Assembly: GCF_009914755.1 (NCBI RefSeq)
Contig: NC_060938.1
DNA from: the human T2T-CHM13v2.0 reference genome, Homo sapiens
Direction: 5' to 3' (one strand)
Length of the DNA stretch: 64,000 nucleotides
Under the pieces are notes generated by a model. The model saw only the letters and a list, made by a program, of their open reading frames with translations, was not told the origin of the DNA and made no database searches. Below are positions 16,476 through 29,300 of the stretch, one piece after another; position 1 is the stretch's first letter, and the number at the start of each line of letters is the position of its first letter. The translations under genes were made by a program, and so were the position numbers.

Positions 16476-16958
16476 CTAACCCAGATATGTCAGATTTGCC
16501 TAGGTTTTGGGAATCCAACCTCTTTGCCAGCTCTGTAATACTTAGAATTAAGTCCTGGGCCAGATCCTCAGCTTTTCTGCCCTCCAGCTGCAGGAGATGA
16601 GAGTCTCTAATTTATATGGTACTAAGGAGACCCTCTGGTTATCGTAATTGGCCTTTAATTGGTGATTAACCACCCTCAGTCTTTGATTGTCTTTCTCCGA
16701 TGCTGCAGTTGCCCCCAGCAACAGCCATCCAACTCCACAGCCCTGTGATGAGTATTTCCCTCGTTCTCCTCAGATACTTGATCCATTGTGTTAGCTGTGC
16801 ATTCCTTTCTGCTGGTCTTCATTGCACCTCTACCCCACACCGCGGACCATCAATGCTCCCCTATCGCTGATGATAGAGTCCTCATTGCCAGCCATCTGGT
16901 GACTGAGCCAACTCCAAAATCCCATTTCAGAGATCCCTGGACCACTCCTGGTGCCATC

Positions 16959-17396
16959 TGTTGCAGGTTGGGTTCCCTGGCATTTGGTCTTCGAGATGAA
17001 ACTTGCAGGCAGTGTCCTTTGGACCAACCTGCTGGGACAGGTGCTAAAGTAATGAGGATAGAGCAGAAGCAGCTGAGTTGCGGGGCCATCACAACAAGGG
17101 CCTGGTCAATCCCACGGGGCCTCTGAACGGGATGGCCCACCAGAGTCGGCCACCCTGGGGGAAAGGGTGCAGAGTTTTTTGACCCCCATACCTACTGGTC
17201 ATTATACGTGGACCGCCCTGGCAAGGGGGTATGACCTTGGGTGAGGCAAGTCTGTTAGGATGAGGGCAACCCCCAGAGAAGACTCAGCTGAGAGCTATAA
17301 GCTATAAGCCAACTGCACACTTAGCATCTGGGAGTGAGCGCCTCCATCCTGGGTGGTGAGCGTGAAGCTGGGCAGTGTGTCACAGCATCAAGCACA
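16959..17396 (-). mobile_element. LTR16-family 5' LTR of ERVL provirus
   Basis: tgttgcaggttgggttccctgg start directly adjoining the PBS; atgaccttgggtgaggc motif; homologous to 3572-4010. Confidence 0.8.
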
Positions 17397-17535
17397 TCAA
17401 CGGAAGCTTTCTCAGTCCATCTGATATTGGGTTAGAACCCAAGCTTGGAATCTGGCATAGAGACTTAAGATACATTTGGGTAACTTCCAGGAAATCCTAG
17501 AAAAACAGTCATGAGATCACCATTTTGGTAATCAA

Positions 17536-17660
17536 AATTTTTTTAGAGACGGGGGTCTGGCTATGTTGCCCAAGCTGGTCTTGAACTCCTGGGCTCAAGG
17601 GATCCTCCCACCTCAGCCTCCTGAGTAGCTGGGATTACAGGCACGTACCACTATCCCCTG
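17536..17660 (-). mobile_element. FLAM (Alu monomer)
   Basis: Single monomer on the minus strand. Confidence 0.85.
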
Positions 17661-19204
17661 CTTTGGTCATCAGTTTTGATGGGCTTTGTATGCCATGTTC
17701 TGAAAGAATGAAGTTTGCAGTGGTAAAGGTGGTAACTTTGTTTTAATGCTGGGAAAATAAGATGCCTCAAAGCCACACAAAAACACACATAAAGTTACGC
17801 ATCCAGGTGTAACTAAGCGGAAAGAAGCAGGAATGTTCTTTTTAAAAGTAGCACTGTATACTGTATAAAAATAGCATTTATCCAACTCTATATTCATTGA
17901 TTTGTTTATTAGCAAACTCTCGTGAGCACCCTCTCATGTGCCAGACCCTGTACTAAGAGTTGAAAATCCGCTCATCAGGGTGTTGTTTGGACAATCTAAC
18001 GTCCTTGCTTTGGAGATCCACTCGGTGAGGTCTTGGGAGGGCTCAAGCGCAGACCTCTGCTTCCTCTTCGTCTAGCCAATCACAGAACACTCCCCACCAG
18101 AGGTGGCTCAAGGGGTGGGCATGTGTCCTAAACTGGAGTAATCCATGCCCATATGTTGGCATATGGATGTACAGAGGAAACACACCCTTTCCATCGGCGC
18201 TGTGAAACTGGTGGTACATTCTCAGCACAGAGATCCTAGAGGAAGGATCTAGGGCAGGAGGGAAAATGAGGTCAACCAAGAGGGAAGCAGAGATAAAAAG
18301 GAGGCAGAGAAAGGATAGAAAGAGAGAGAAGAATAGAGGAGAAAAGAGAAACAGTGTTTGAGCCCCTTTATGTTACAATTCTCAATTCTTACATTCTCTT
18401 TCTATCTGCAGCTAGTCTGAGTTGTGTTTCTGTCGCTTGCAACCCCAAGGACCCTCACTGAAGTTCCACACTGGGGTCTGCAGCGGGTCGCGGCTGTTGG
18501 TTCCCTGCAAGGCAAACATGTTCCGATTTACCAAGAGCGCCCAGGCACATGGTCCCTTCAGCCTGTGGCTAGGGCTATAGTGCCTTTGTCTCCTTTTACA
18601 GAGGATACAGGCTCCATGAGTTTTGGCGAGATTTTTTAAATGTGACAGATGGGAAAGTGTGTTGTAAGCTAAAAAGTACTGTTCTTATGGGACCTTTTAT
18701 TGCTACTGATGGTGACTCCCCAAGGTCACCTGCAAAACTGGGCACCTCACTCAAGATGCCCTCGAGTCTTTAAGAGCATGGCATTGGGTGCCCTGCAAAG
18801 GCAGGGGTAGGTTTTTCACTCGCCAGAGTCCAAGAGCCCAGCCCAGGGATGGCACAGAGCAGGTGCCCATCAAAATCTTTCTGATTGTCCTAAGTAGTTG
18901 GAGTCCAGTCCCTGCCCAGAGGAGACTGCAGTTTAGTAGCGGTCACCAAATTTGCAGAGATGCAGGCAAGAAGGAGAATGCTGCATGCTGGGGTGTCAGC
19001 CAGGATGCCTGGTCTGGATCCGGGGCTGCCATGAATCCTCTGTGTGACTGCCTGTCCTTTTGCTGTCCTGGGCCTTTGTTCCTCCCCCTGTAAAATGAAA
19101 AGGGTGACCAATGATGCTGGTTCTGCCCAGATCCCCTGGGCTCTCACCACTTCCATGGACACTGAGGGAAGGCTCTTGACTCTGCTGGACATGTTTTCTG
19201 GCTG

Positions 19205-19470
19205 GTGGAGAGTGTGGCAGGTTGGACGTGCGGGGAGTTAACGCCCTCAGAGCCGCCCTCCTTGCTCCTCTGGCAGGACACCACTGAGGCGATTCCAGGC
19301 TGTCTCCCATGGGTCTGCAGTGGGATTGAGCCCCGGTTCCCCACAGGGGAAGCTGTTCCGTAGCTCTCCCTATGCCGGCTCCTTCCCTTACCAGGCTCAG
19401 GTCTCCACACCCCTCCAGTGCTTCTGGGAATCGCTTCCTAAATAAACCAGCCCTGCTTGTTCAAGGCGGT
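19205..19470 (+). mobile_element. LTR16/LTR33-like ERVL LTR fragment
   Basis: ggggagttaacgccc..cagtgggattgagccccggttcccca..tcctaaataaacc. Confidence 0.6.
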
Positions 19471-19489
19471 TTGTAATGGTGAGGACCCC

Positions 19490-20200
19490 CTCACTAGCTG
19501 ATAAAGGAACCCAACCCAAATGGCTTCAGTAGAAAGAAAGGGAGGGCTGGGCACGGTGGCTCACACCTGTAATCCCAGCACCTCGGGAGGCAGAGGTGGG
19601 CAGATCGCCCGAGCCCAGGAGTTCGAAACCAGCTTGGTCAACATGGTGAAACCCCATCTCTCCTAAAAATATAAAAAATTAGCCGGGTGTGGTGGCATGC
19701 ACCTGTAGTCCTAGCTACTCGGGAGGCTGAGGCGGGAGGATCACTTGAGCCTGGGAGGCGGAGGTTGCCGTGAGCCAAGATCACACCACTGTGCTCCAGC
19801 CTGGGTGACAGAGTGAGACTCTGTCTCAAGATAAATACATAGATGAAAGAAAGACGACTGACCGACTCCTGTGCAGAGGAGCACAGGAATGGCCACACCA
19901 GTTTTTCTCTCCCATCTTGTTTGCTCTTCCTGGCTTCATTCCCAGGCAGAGCCTCTCCACTCCCTGTCCCAGCAGCTCTGGCCTCAGGTCCTTCTAGCCT
20001 CAAGGTTTGATGACAGACACTCGCATCTGTGTCCCAGGGATAACAACACAAGTCCTAGCATCAACAGTGGTTGGCTTGGCTTGGGTTCTGACCCTCTCCC
20101 ATGGTGGGCACAGGGGCAGGGCGTGCTCTGGCCAGCTGGGGATAGGGTTCTGCCACTCAAACCCCAAGGACTCATCGGGGGGAGGGTTGGGATGGAAGCG
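19490..20200 (-). mobile_element. Old MLT1 (J/K-like) LTR remnant split by an Alu
   Basis: aacccaacccaaatggctt; ggcttcattcccaggcag; gttggcttggcttgggt motifs. Confidence 0.5.
19545..19850 (+). mobile_element. Alu (J/S)
   Basis: Full dimer. Confidence 0.92.
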
Positions 20201-21994
20201 CTGCCTGCTGAACCAAGGGGGCAAAGGTTGAGTATGCAAAGCCATCCATGGCCACTGCAGACTCTTCCAGCTTGAACGTTCTTCCCCCACTCCTTCCCCG
20301 AAGAGTTCACTCGGCCAACATTTACCCAGCACCTACGGGGCGCCAGACGGTAGAGACACAAAGCACACACAATCGAGTTGAAGACGGATGTCTCTCTGGG
20401 GCAGACACGTGGCACAACAGGACACAGTCTTTGGAGCCCCGCCACTTCCTGGGCATCAGCCCTCTGGCCCTCAGTTCTCCTAACGGTCAAATGGAGCAGC
20501 AGTGACAGGATCACGGTGACGCCCCGGCTTCCGTGCTGGGCCCCTCGGTGGATGCTCAGCCACTGCTTGTCTTCCTTTCTTTCAAGCATTTAGAGAACAG
20601 AGGCAAGATGTAACTGAGATTTCCAAACGAGCTGCTTACGTGCATCCCCTTCGGGGACTTGCAAATGCTTTCCGCCCGTCAGCCTGGACTGTGCCCGGCA
20701 TGCGAGGTGCCACGTCCTCCTTCCTGTTGACAGGCAGCTGGCGATCAATCGGTGCTAATGAAGCTCTGGTTGTGAGCTCCAGCGCGAGGACAGGCCTCCT
20801 GAGCACTCTCCAGACCCACTCCCCAGGCCCACTTTCCTCCCTGTTGAAAATAATCAGTGCTGAGATGTTCCGTGTGTGGTAGAAGAAAATGAGACAGTCT
20901 CACATCCAGGCTTTTTGCAGGGTGCAGGGCGTGCCTGCCCAGACACCCTTGAGTAAAAGGGAAAAATGAAATTGGTGAAATGTGGAATAATTTGAAGAAA
21001 TTAGACCTAGTTTGTCCAAGATTAAGGGTAGTTCTTCATTAAGTGGCCCAATCTTTCTTGCTGGGGAAAAAGCAATCATTTCAGCCCTTTAATTTCCTTA
21101 AGCCTCCCTGTAAGGGCGGGTGTGCAAAGGCTTCTGGGGGTGGTTATGAGGTTGTCGTATTTTAATCACCCACGACTGGGCTTGCCAGGAGACACTGCAG
21201 ACATTTCATAGAATTCTCAATCAGCCACTTTAAAAGCTCACCGAGAACTTTCTCTGGAAGTCCACCCAATTTTCCAGAGGGGAGGAAATTTCCATTCTCC
21301 TTGGTACCTTTGGATATGCTAATCCCAGGTAGCTTCAGAGTGGGGGTCCAGGACCTTCACTGGCTGGACCCTCACATTGGGGTCCAGGTTCCTCAGAGAC
21401 CCTCTTAGCTCCCCAAGGGGTATATTTGCTTCACAGGTCCATGGGAAAACCACGAGAGGGCAGACGGGGGCTCTGGAGGTGGCTGAGAGCAGGAAGAAGG
21501 AAAGAACCTTCTAGAAGTTCCCACAGAAAGGAACAGGGGGCTTCAGAGTGGATGTGGGGTTGGGACAGGCGCCTCTAAAGAGGGCCTATGTTCTCAGACA
21601 TGGAAGGTGGGAGGAGTGGTCTGGGGACTGGGCAATGGCCCAGCAAGGTCACCATGGCAGCCCTGGGGCCCACTGAGAAGCACAGGCAAGGAAAGCAAGA
21701 TTAGGATGAGTCCCTGGGGCCAGGTCTCACAGGGTCTTGGCAGCCTCTGTCCAGACCTGAGATTTGATTCCTGGGGTTTTAAGCAGAGGAGCGACAAGCT
21801 CTGATGGATGGTTCTTATAGGTGCACTGAGAGCTGGTAGGAGCTGGACTGTGAGAAGAGGGAGCCCCATGGCCTGGGCTGTGGCAGGAAGCGGCTGCTCA
21901 GCCAGGGTGGGTGAGGTTTGGTGGGAGGCAGTGAGGAGCCGCTAGACTTGAGAGTGGCCAGGCCCAGCCCTGTGGAGTTGCCGCGTTTGAAGGC

Positions 21995-22520
21995 AGTATT
22001 GGGGTGGAGGGTGCAAAAATTCCCCTCCACCCCTTCAAGGGTTTTTGGGTGAGAATTAAAGTGATACAAGACAGATCAGCAGGAGAAACGCACACAATTG
22101 ACAGACCACACGACTCACAGGCATGGGAGCCTTCCTAAGGCCCGGAGGCGCAGTTACAGTTTGAACACGTAGGCACTGCCTGAGACAAAGAGCAGGACGC
22201 TTGAAAATGGGCCAAGGCCCAGGGGCCCAGGCTGGGGGCTGGCTGGGTGGAGAAGTGGCTGGGACGATGAGGATTAGTTTAACGAGGTTTGTTTGCACAG
22301 AGTTCCGTTGGCCCCAGCTTCCTGTCCTTGGAGATAAGAGTGGCAGTTTCCTTTCAGTATGGGGAGGACATCTTTCACATGGGAATTTCGTCTCCTGCTT
22401 TTGAGAAAGAAAATGAAGATCAGAGGGATCTTCTAGCACCTCTTGCTTTTCAGGTCCCTTTAACTCAAAATAATCAACATGCCAGAGTGGCATATTTTGG
22501 GGTGCAGATTCTTAATATTG
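21995..22520 (-). mobile_element. MER34-family (ERV1) LTR
   Basis: Minus strand begins caccccaaaatatgccactctggcatgttgattattttgagttaaaggg, typical of MER34. Confidence 0.75.
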
Positions 22521-22571
22521 GTAGACCCAACATTTGGGACGTAGAAGGAAAATGTTGTGGTGATGGATAGA

Positions 22572-22600
22572 TGTGTGTGTGTGTGTGTGTGTGTGTGTGT
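22572..22600. repeat. (TG)n microsatellite
   Basis: ~14 TG units. Confidence 0.95.
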
Positions 22601-22723
22601 TGGTATGCGTGTTTGAAGATGACCAGAATCCTCATGGAAAACAGCAAGTGTTAGGGACTTGACTGTAGAATGATTGGTGAGGTGTGTGTCGCAGGGAGGG
22701 TGGGTGATAAGATGACCCACAAC

Positions 22724-22858
22724 AGCCAGGTGAGGTGGTGTGCAACTGTAGTCCTAGTTACTTGGGAGGCTGAGGTGGGAGGATTGCTTGAGCCCAGGAG
22801 TTTGAGTCCAGCCTGGGCAACATAGGGACCCTGTCTCTTAAAAAATAAAGATAAGAAA
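22724..22858 (+). mobile_element. FLAM (Alu monomer)
   Basis: Single monomer with A-rich tail. Confidence 0.85.
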
Positions 22859-22916
22859 GATAACCTGCAAGGGTGTTGTAACGCCTGGAGATGAACAACA
22901 GCAGGAAGCTGTAATG

Positions 22917-22943
22917 CACACACACACACACACACACACACAC
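22917..22943. repeat. (CA)n microsatellite
   Basis: ~13 CA units. Confidence 0.95.
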
Positions 22944-25380
22944 CCCAAGGCCTGAAGGGGCAGGGGTATCCTAGAGTCCAGAGAGAGCTGGGGCCACAGT
23001 GAGGACAGAAGGGACCCAGCCACTGGCAGGACCAGGGCACCCAAGGAAAGGGAGCAGGGAAGAAATCCCAGCCTCCCTGTTCTCCCACTCTTCACTTGGA
23101 GCCTCTCTTGGCCAAAGCCAATGAACAGATGCCAGGAGCCCAGAGGACCTCGTGCCCGGGCCAGCCTCCAGGGCGCAGAGTGGGTGGTGCAGGGCCAAGC
23201 ACAGAGGGGTCATTCTCTTATTTATCTGTGATTGTGCTTCGATCTTCTCTTTTCTTCTTTGATCAGCACTCTTCACAGTGCCTCTCCGAAATGAAGAGCT
23301 TCTCTTGGGGCAGAAACCAACACGCTGCTCCCTTCTAGGAGAAAGTCTCACTCTGGGAGAAATGTTCACTGAGCCTCAAGGTGTGTTCCCAGACGGTCCC
23401 ATGGATTTACACGCCGCCGGCACCAGGTGCTAAAGCAGCTCAGACCCCACTTTGAGGAGCTCTGTGTCCCTGGGAGGGAGAGCAGGTGTGTTGGGAGGCT
23501 GACCCACGTATTCCCTCCCTGCGGCCGTCCCTCCACAGAAGGCCACTGCTTCTGTGTGTGGCAGGGGGTGGGGGGCTCTCCACATACCTGTGGCCCTCTC
23601 AGCCCAGAACTGTTCCCTTTGCTGGCCCTTCCGACAGAACCCACGCCCTGTAACCGCCCAAGGCTTCCACTACCCATGCCTTCCTAAACTGTCCCTTTAG
23701 TATTCGACTCTTGGAGTGTGCCTCTGCTTCCCACAGGCCCCTGAGCAATCCAACTACTGTCCTTTTGGATGAGGCTGTGGATGCTGAGAGAGGGGCTGTG
23801 GCTGGTGTGAGAGGGGAGGGGCAGCCCTGGTCAGGGGGTGAGGGATGGGAAGAGGCCAAGGAGAAGCGGCTGTGCAGACAGGGTGGCAGGTCTGGGGCTA
23901 AGGCAGGGTTCTGCTCTCCCTGTGACACAAGACACCCCAGGGAGGAGAAGGGGAGAGGAGAAGGTGAGATGCTGGCTGACAGAGTCCGCCAGGGAGAGCA
24001 TCCTTCTAGGTCCATGGGGCCTGAAGAGACAGAGCAGAGGCTTGGGTTGTGTCTGGGCTCCGGGCCTGGCTGCCCGCTTCCCACACTGTCAGTCCTCTTT
24101 GAAAGGCCCTGGGATTAGGTTTGCCTGTTCAAACCACCCACCCTCCCATCCCTGGCAAGCTGAGCCCCAACTCTGGGGCCCCTGGAGGCAGCAGCCCAGC
24201 CAGCCCATTCTGCCAACACCATCTGGGCCCACTTAGGCCTGTGGTTGGGGCAGGGGGGCAGAGATGCCCTGGCCAGGCAGGGTTCCCAGCATGGGGGGCC
24301 GGGGGTGTCCCACAGCTGGAGGGCCGCCAGGGCTGGGCTCCACACGATGGCAGCATGTACGCACTGAAGCTCGCTGGGACCGCCTCGGCTGGGCTGGGAC
24401 CCAGCACTGCCCTCGGCTCTCTGGCCCTGCTCCCCACTTTTGGAGGCGGCTGCTGCTGAGTCGTCCCAAGTGCTGTCTGGGAAACCTTTGCATCTCTCCT
24501 GGCCACCTGCTTCCCCTGGGGCCCATGAGGACCCCTCAGGCCCCAGGTCCTTCATGCGCAGCTCATCCACAGGGAGGGTCCTCCCAGGGTGGGCAGGGGC
24601 AGGGTGCAGGTGACTGGGGACCTCTGGTGCCTCCTCGCATGGGCTGGCATCCTCTCCACACCACGCAGAGCCTCTCCCAGCCCCTAGCTGGCCTGATCTT
24701 TCTCCTTTGGCCTGAGGGTGCTGGCAGGCGCTGCCCAAGGAGCAGGTGTTTCTCTGAGAGGGGTAGTGTGCTGGAAGGTGCAGTTTGGGGGGCCTGGCCC
24801 AGGAAAAATGGACAGATCCACCTGTAGGGCAGACAGGGAGGACCCAGACCCAGAGCTCCACCTGCAAGGTGAAAATAAAACCAGGCAGCCCTTCGCCCAC
24901 CTGAGACAGTCTGGGCCCTTGGCTGGGTATGGGGTCCTGCCCTAGGTACTTCTCCACCTTCCTTCTCCCTGCCGGCTTCAGCATCTTCTCCTGTGCCCCA
25001 GACAATTGCACACTGTCCCCACTTTGTTTCTCTGCCTTCTGCTTTTCTGCTTCAAATGTTCTCTGCTGTGAACTTGGTCATACCCTACAAGACCCAGCAC
25101 CAAGGCCGGGAGCTGTGGCAGCCTTGGCCTCGGTGTCCTACTGCCCCAGGAGCTGTTGGAAGGAAGGCTCAGCCTCTGGGGGAGGCAGGGAGCTCTCCCC
25201 CGTGCCTGTGAGGTGTTCTAGGGGGCTTGGTGACTTCAGCTGAACAGTGGTCACAGCGCGGGCTGGTGGGTGGCAGGTGTAGGCTCCATGTCCCCAGTTG
25301 GCAGTGAGAGGGTGAGGAGGAAAGTGACGGGGCCCTGCAGGCTCCTTGCCTGTACCAGGAGAGGTTTCATTTATCTACAG

Positions 25381-26395
25381 CAGGGTGCTCAGAGAGGGTC
25401 GATTTTGCCCCCGGGGGACAGTAGACAATGCCTGGAGACATATTTTTACATTTTAATTATTTAATTATTTTCTTAATTGAAAAATGTACTTTAATATTAA
25501 TTTTTATTTTTTATTGACATATAATAATTGTACATGTATATGGGGTACATGTGGCTTTGTTTTATTTAGAGACAGGGTCTCACTATGTTGCCCAAGTTGC
25601 TTCAAGCCATCCTCCCGCCTCAGCCTCACAAAGTGCCGGGATTACCAGTGTGAACCACCGTGCCCAGCCCCTGCGATATTTTGATACAAGCATACAATGT
25701 GTGACGATCAAATCGGGATATTTAGGACCTCCATCACTTCAGACATGTATCATTTCTTTGTGTTGGGAACATTTCAACTCTTCTAGTTATTTTGAAATAT
25801 ACAGTAAATTACTGTTAACTATAGTCACCCTACTGTGTTATTATTGAACATTAGAACTCATTCCTTCCATCGAATTGGATTTCTGTGCCCATTAATTAAA
25901 CTCCCTTCATCTCCCACCCTCATTCCCAGCCTCCTCTCTACCCCCATGAGACCCACTTTCGCAGCTCCCACATGGAAGTGAGAACATGCAGTATTTGTCT
26001 CTCTCTGCCTGGTTTATTTCACTTAATGTCCTCTGGTTCTATCCATGTTGCTGCAAAGGATAGGATTTCATTCTTTTTGTGGCTGAATATTATTCCACTG
26101 CATGTATATACCACATTTTCTTTATCCTTCATTTGCTGATGCACACTTAGGTTTGATCCATATGTTGGCCTTTGTGAATCTGCTGTAATAAACATGGGAG
26201 TGAGTCTATCTCTTTGATAGGCTGAGTTCCTTTAACTGGAGACATTTTTGATTGTCACAACTTGGGGCAGACATGGTGCTACCAACATCTGGTGAGCAGA
26301 GGCCAGGAACACTGCTAAGCATCGGCAGTGCACAGGCAGTCACCAGGGCAAAGAATGAGCCAGCCCCAAACGTCCACAGGTCTAGGACTGGAGGC
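25381..26395 (+). mobile_element. MER20 (hAT) split by an L1MA insertion
   Basis: gattttgcccccgggggaca..caatgcctggagacat resumes at 26237 ctggagacatttttgattgtcacaact; ctggagacat is duplicated as TSD. Confidence 0.82.
25446..26236 (-). mobile_element. L1MA (4/5-like) 3' fragment containing a FLAM at ~25557-25668
   Basis: tttgtgttgggaacatttcaa..ttctagttattttgaaatatac..aactatagtcaccctactgtg 3' UTR motifs. Confidence 0.82.
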
Positions 26396-29300
26396 TGGGA
26401 GAGGGGGGAGAGGGTTGTCCCAGGCTTCCCAGCAGGTACGTGGGAGTCTTTCCGAGGACCTTTCCTGTGCTCAGAGCCTCTTTTTCCTCTTCAGAGTCCA
26501 ATCTCAAGAACCAAAGACCTGAACTGCAGACGAAGCTTCCTTCCCACCTCCTGGGCTTTGAGGAGCCTGCATTCCCTGCCCACTCTTCTCCTGCTGTGCC
26601 CACAGCAGGGCTGGTGAGCACGATGGGAGGGCACCTGGGTCCCCACCCGCTGGTACAGCTCCTGCGACTTCTCTGGGCTCAGTTTCCCTCTCCATAGGGG
26701 GAAATGGCCAGGGTCAAGACCCTGGAGCTGGGCTCCTGCCAGCCCTGTTGCCAGGCTATAATGGCAGATGTCAGTCTGGGTGGAGGCAGTCCGTCACGCT
26801 CAGGCCCACGCAGGCACTGACATCAGCTCCCAGCCATGGGAGACATGTGCACTGTTGATCCGGGGGCCCCTCGCAGGAATGAGCGCTGTGAGTCCCGCCT
26901 GCCTTATTGATAACTACCAAGCATAAACAAGACGCCTGGAATGTTTAAATGACCGGGCCAGTCTGTTCCAGAAGATGCCTTACATATATCAAGGCTATTT
27001 TAGGGTGCGGCAGGCCCGGCAAGAGGAGGGTGAGGGGCTCTGTGCTGATCTGGTTACGACCATGTGCAGGGACAGTGAATGCCAGCGTATCTGTCCAGTG
27101 ACCTCACAGGAGTGGCAGACGGCTCATGACCCCTGTGCAAAGTGTCCGTGCTGGAGGCCCAGGACAGGAATGGCGGGAATGGGTGGGAGGAAGGGAAGTG
27201 GCGACTGGCAGAGGAAGGCCTGGGCTCTTAGGGGCTGTTTGGCAATCCCTCTTGAGCTGAGCATGCCCACCCTGAGAGCCAAACCCACCAGCTAGGGGAA
27301 GGACACCCAGACAGCCTCGGGGGGCTCAGGCTTGGGGGAATGAGAAGCAGGAGGGAGAGGGGTACAGGACCTTGCCTGCAGGAGTTCCCAGGGACAGGCT
27401 GCTTCCTGGCCAGGGGCCTGGCTTAGGTACCTCGCTCTCTGCTGCTTCTTAGTGACAGCAAAAAGGAGGAGGAAAACGCTGATCCTCTGGTGGGTTCTGG
27501 GAGGAGGCTATGTTTGAGAATATTTTCATGGGGTGGTGTCAGTGCCGCAGGAGTTCTGGCCCTGGTGTGTGCCACCTCCCCCCCCGGCCCACACACAGGT
27601 TCTGAGCTTCCTGGAGCCTGCCCCAGCCCCTCCTGCACCTGCCTCTGTCCCCGCTTCGGCTCTCCTTCTCACTGGGACGCTCCCACTTTCCCCCTCTTAC
27701 AAAGAGACTAGGCCCAAATGAGGCTGGCCAGCCTCTCCCATGCCCAGCCCCTGTGCCAAGGACTTGTGCTGGGGTTGGGGTCCCAGATGAGAAGGCTCCC
27801 CCCACCGTGGGCTGGAGGAGGCCCCTGGAGAGGCTGCAGAGCTGGCTCATTCCTGTGTGGGGGTAGGACGGACGGGACATCAGGTATGACAGGCATACCC
27901 AGAGGTAGGCTGGGGGTCCTGAGGCAGACAAGGCTCATCCTGACCTCCGAAACGTCCGTGTCCCTTCATCCTCTTTCCTGCAGGATTTCAGTTTTCCTAA
28001 GGGCTCCACGGGGAAGGCTGGCAGGGCAGCAGCATGGAGGACTCCTTGCCATTTTATAGGCTCCTCGTCCCTATGGAGGGGCAGTGTGGACATGGGGTCA
28101 GCAGTGTTCAAACGGTGATCCCGGGGCTGACACTTCAGCGGCCCTCGTGTTGGGGGGTCAGGGCTTGTGGGGGCCCTTCCTGCCTTTCCTGGCATGGCCT
28201 TTCTTTCCCATGCTGCCTGGGCTGCCTGGTGGTGTCTTCTTTCCCAACAAAGTGGTCCTGATTTTTTCATTTCTCCGCATGACCTGCTGTCCTTCCCTCT
28301 CTTCTATCTCAGAGTGCCAAATGGGCCATTTTCCTCTTCCCCAGCAAGCAGGGCCTGGAAGGGGTGGAACTAAGGCGAGGCTGTGCAGGTCTGGCCCCTT
28401 CCTTACCCTATTCCTGCCGCCCAGAGTGGAGCAGCTCTCTCCACGGAGCCGTGCCCCCAGGACCACCCGAAACTCACTGCTCCTAAAAACACCGGTGCTC
28501 CATGCACCCACCACGCTGCCCTGGAAGGCTTGCATTTCCCCCTCAATTTTTTTTTCTTTGCTTCCAAAGCACTTTGGGTCACCCCAACAGTGTCCTGCTG
28601 TGTTCCCTGTGTGGGCAGGGCATGGGGAGAATGAGAGGATTGGACTCCGTGTCTGTTTTCCACCCTGGAGATGCAATCAATTAGGGAAGCAGCTCAGAGC
28701 GTGGTCACTCGTCCCCAACACGAAGGCTGTGCCTCTTCTCCACCCAGAGACATAGCTGGGGCCCGTTTTCATCTATTTTAATTTGGTTGACAGACATCAG
28801 ACCTAAAACAGACCTGCCGTTGGGAGAGGAAAATTCCTAAATGTTTTAATTTGCTCCATCCGACTCGAGCCAAAGAAGCCATGGGCTTACTTTTTCCACC
28901 TCCCGCCCCCCTGGAAGAGAGCGTATGTTCAAGTTCATCTCCGATACAGATCACCGCCTGCTCTCGGCGGCCCTTGGAATGGCCTTGCTCAGCACATAAA
29001 AAAAAAGATCCTGACATTCTCTCTGTCCTCTTGACTCTTCCCAAAGTAGCATCTCTCTGTGGGCAGTATTGCCTTGTAAGGCAGGCAGTAGGCATGAGCC
29101 AATGAGTGTGCGGTCAGATCCTGGAGGACAGGGACAGGGACAGTCATAAACGGCACCGGGGATTAGCTGTGGCTCGCCGAGCGTTTGGGAGTGGGGAGGA
29201 ATGAGGAGATGGCGCCAAAGGAGGGAGAGGTGTTGGTGTGCTTTTCGAATGCCAGAACTATAATTAAGGGGTGAGAAGATTCATGCTAACCCGTAACCAA

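Noticed and set aside
22572-22943. (TG)n and (CA)n tracts in inverted arrangement ~320 bp apart
   Set aside because: Common microsatellites; no flanking inverted similarity.
24115-25011. Longest ORF in the track (298 aa, minus strand)
   Set aside because: Low-complexity G/P/A/S-rich translation in GC-rich DNA, overlapping ORFs in several frames, no recognisable domain.
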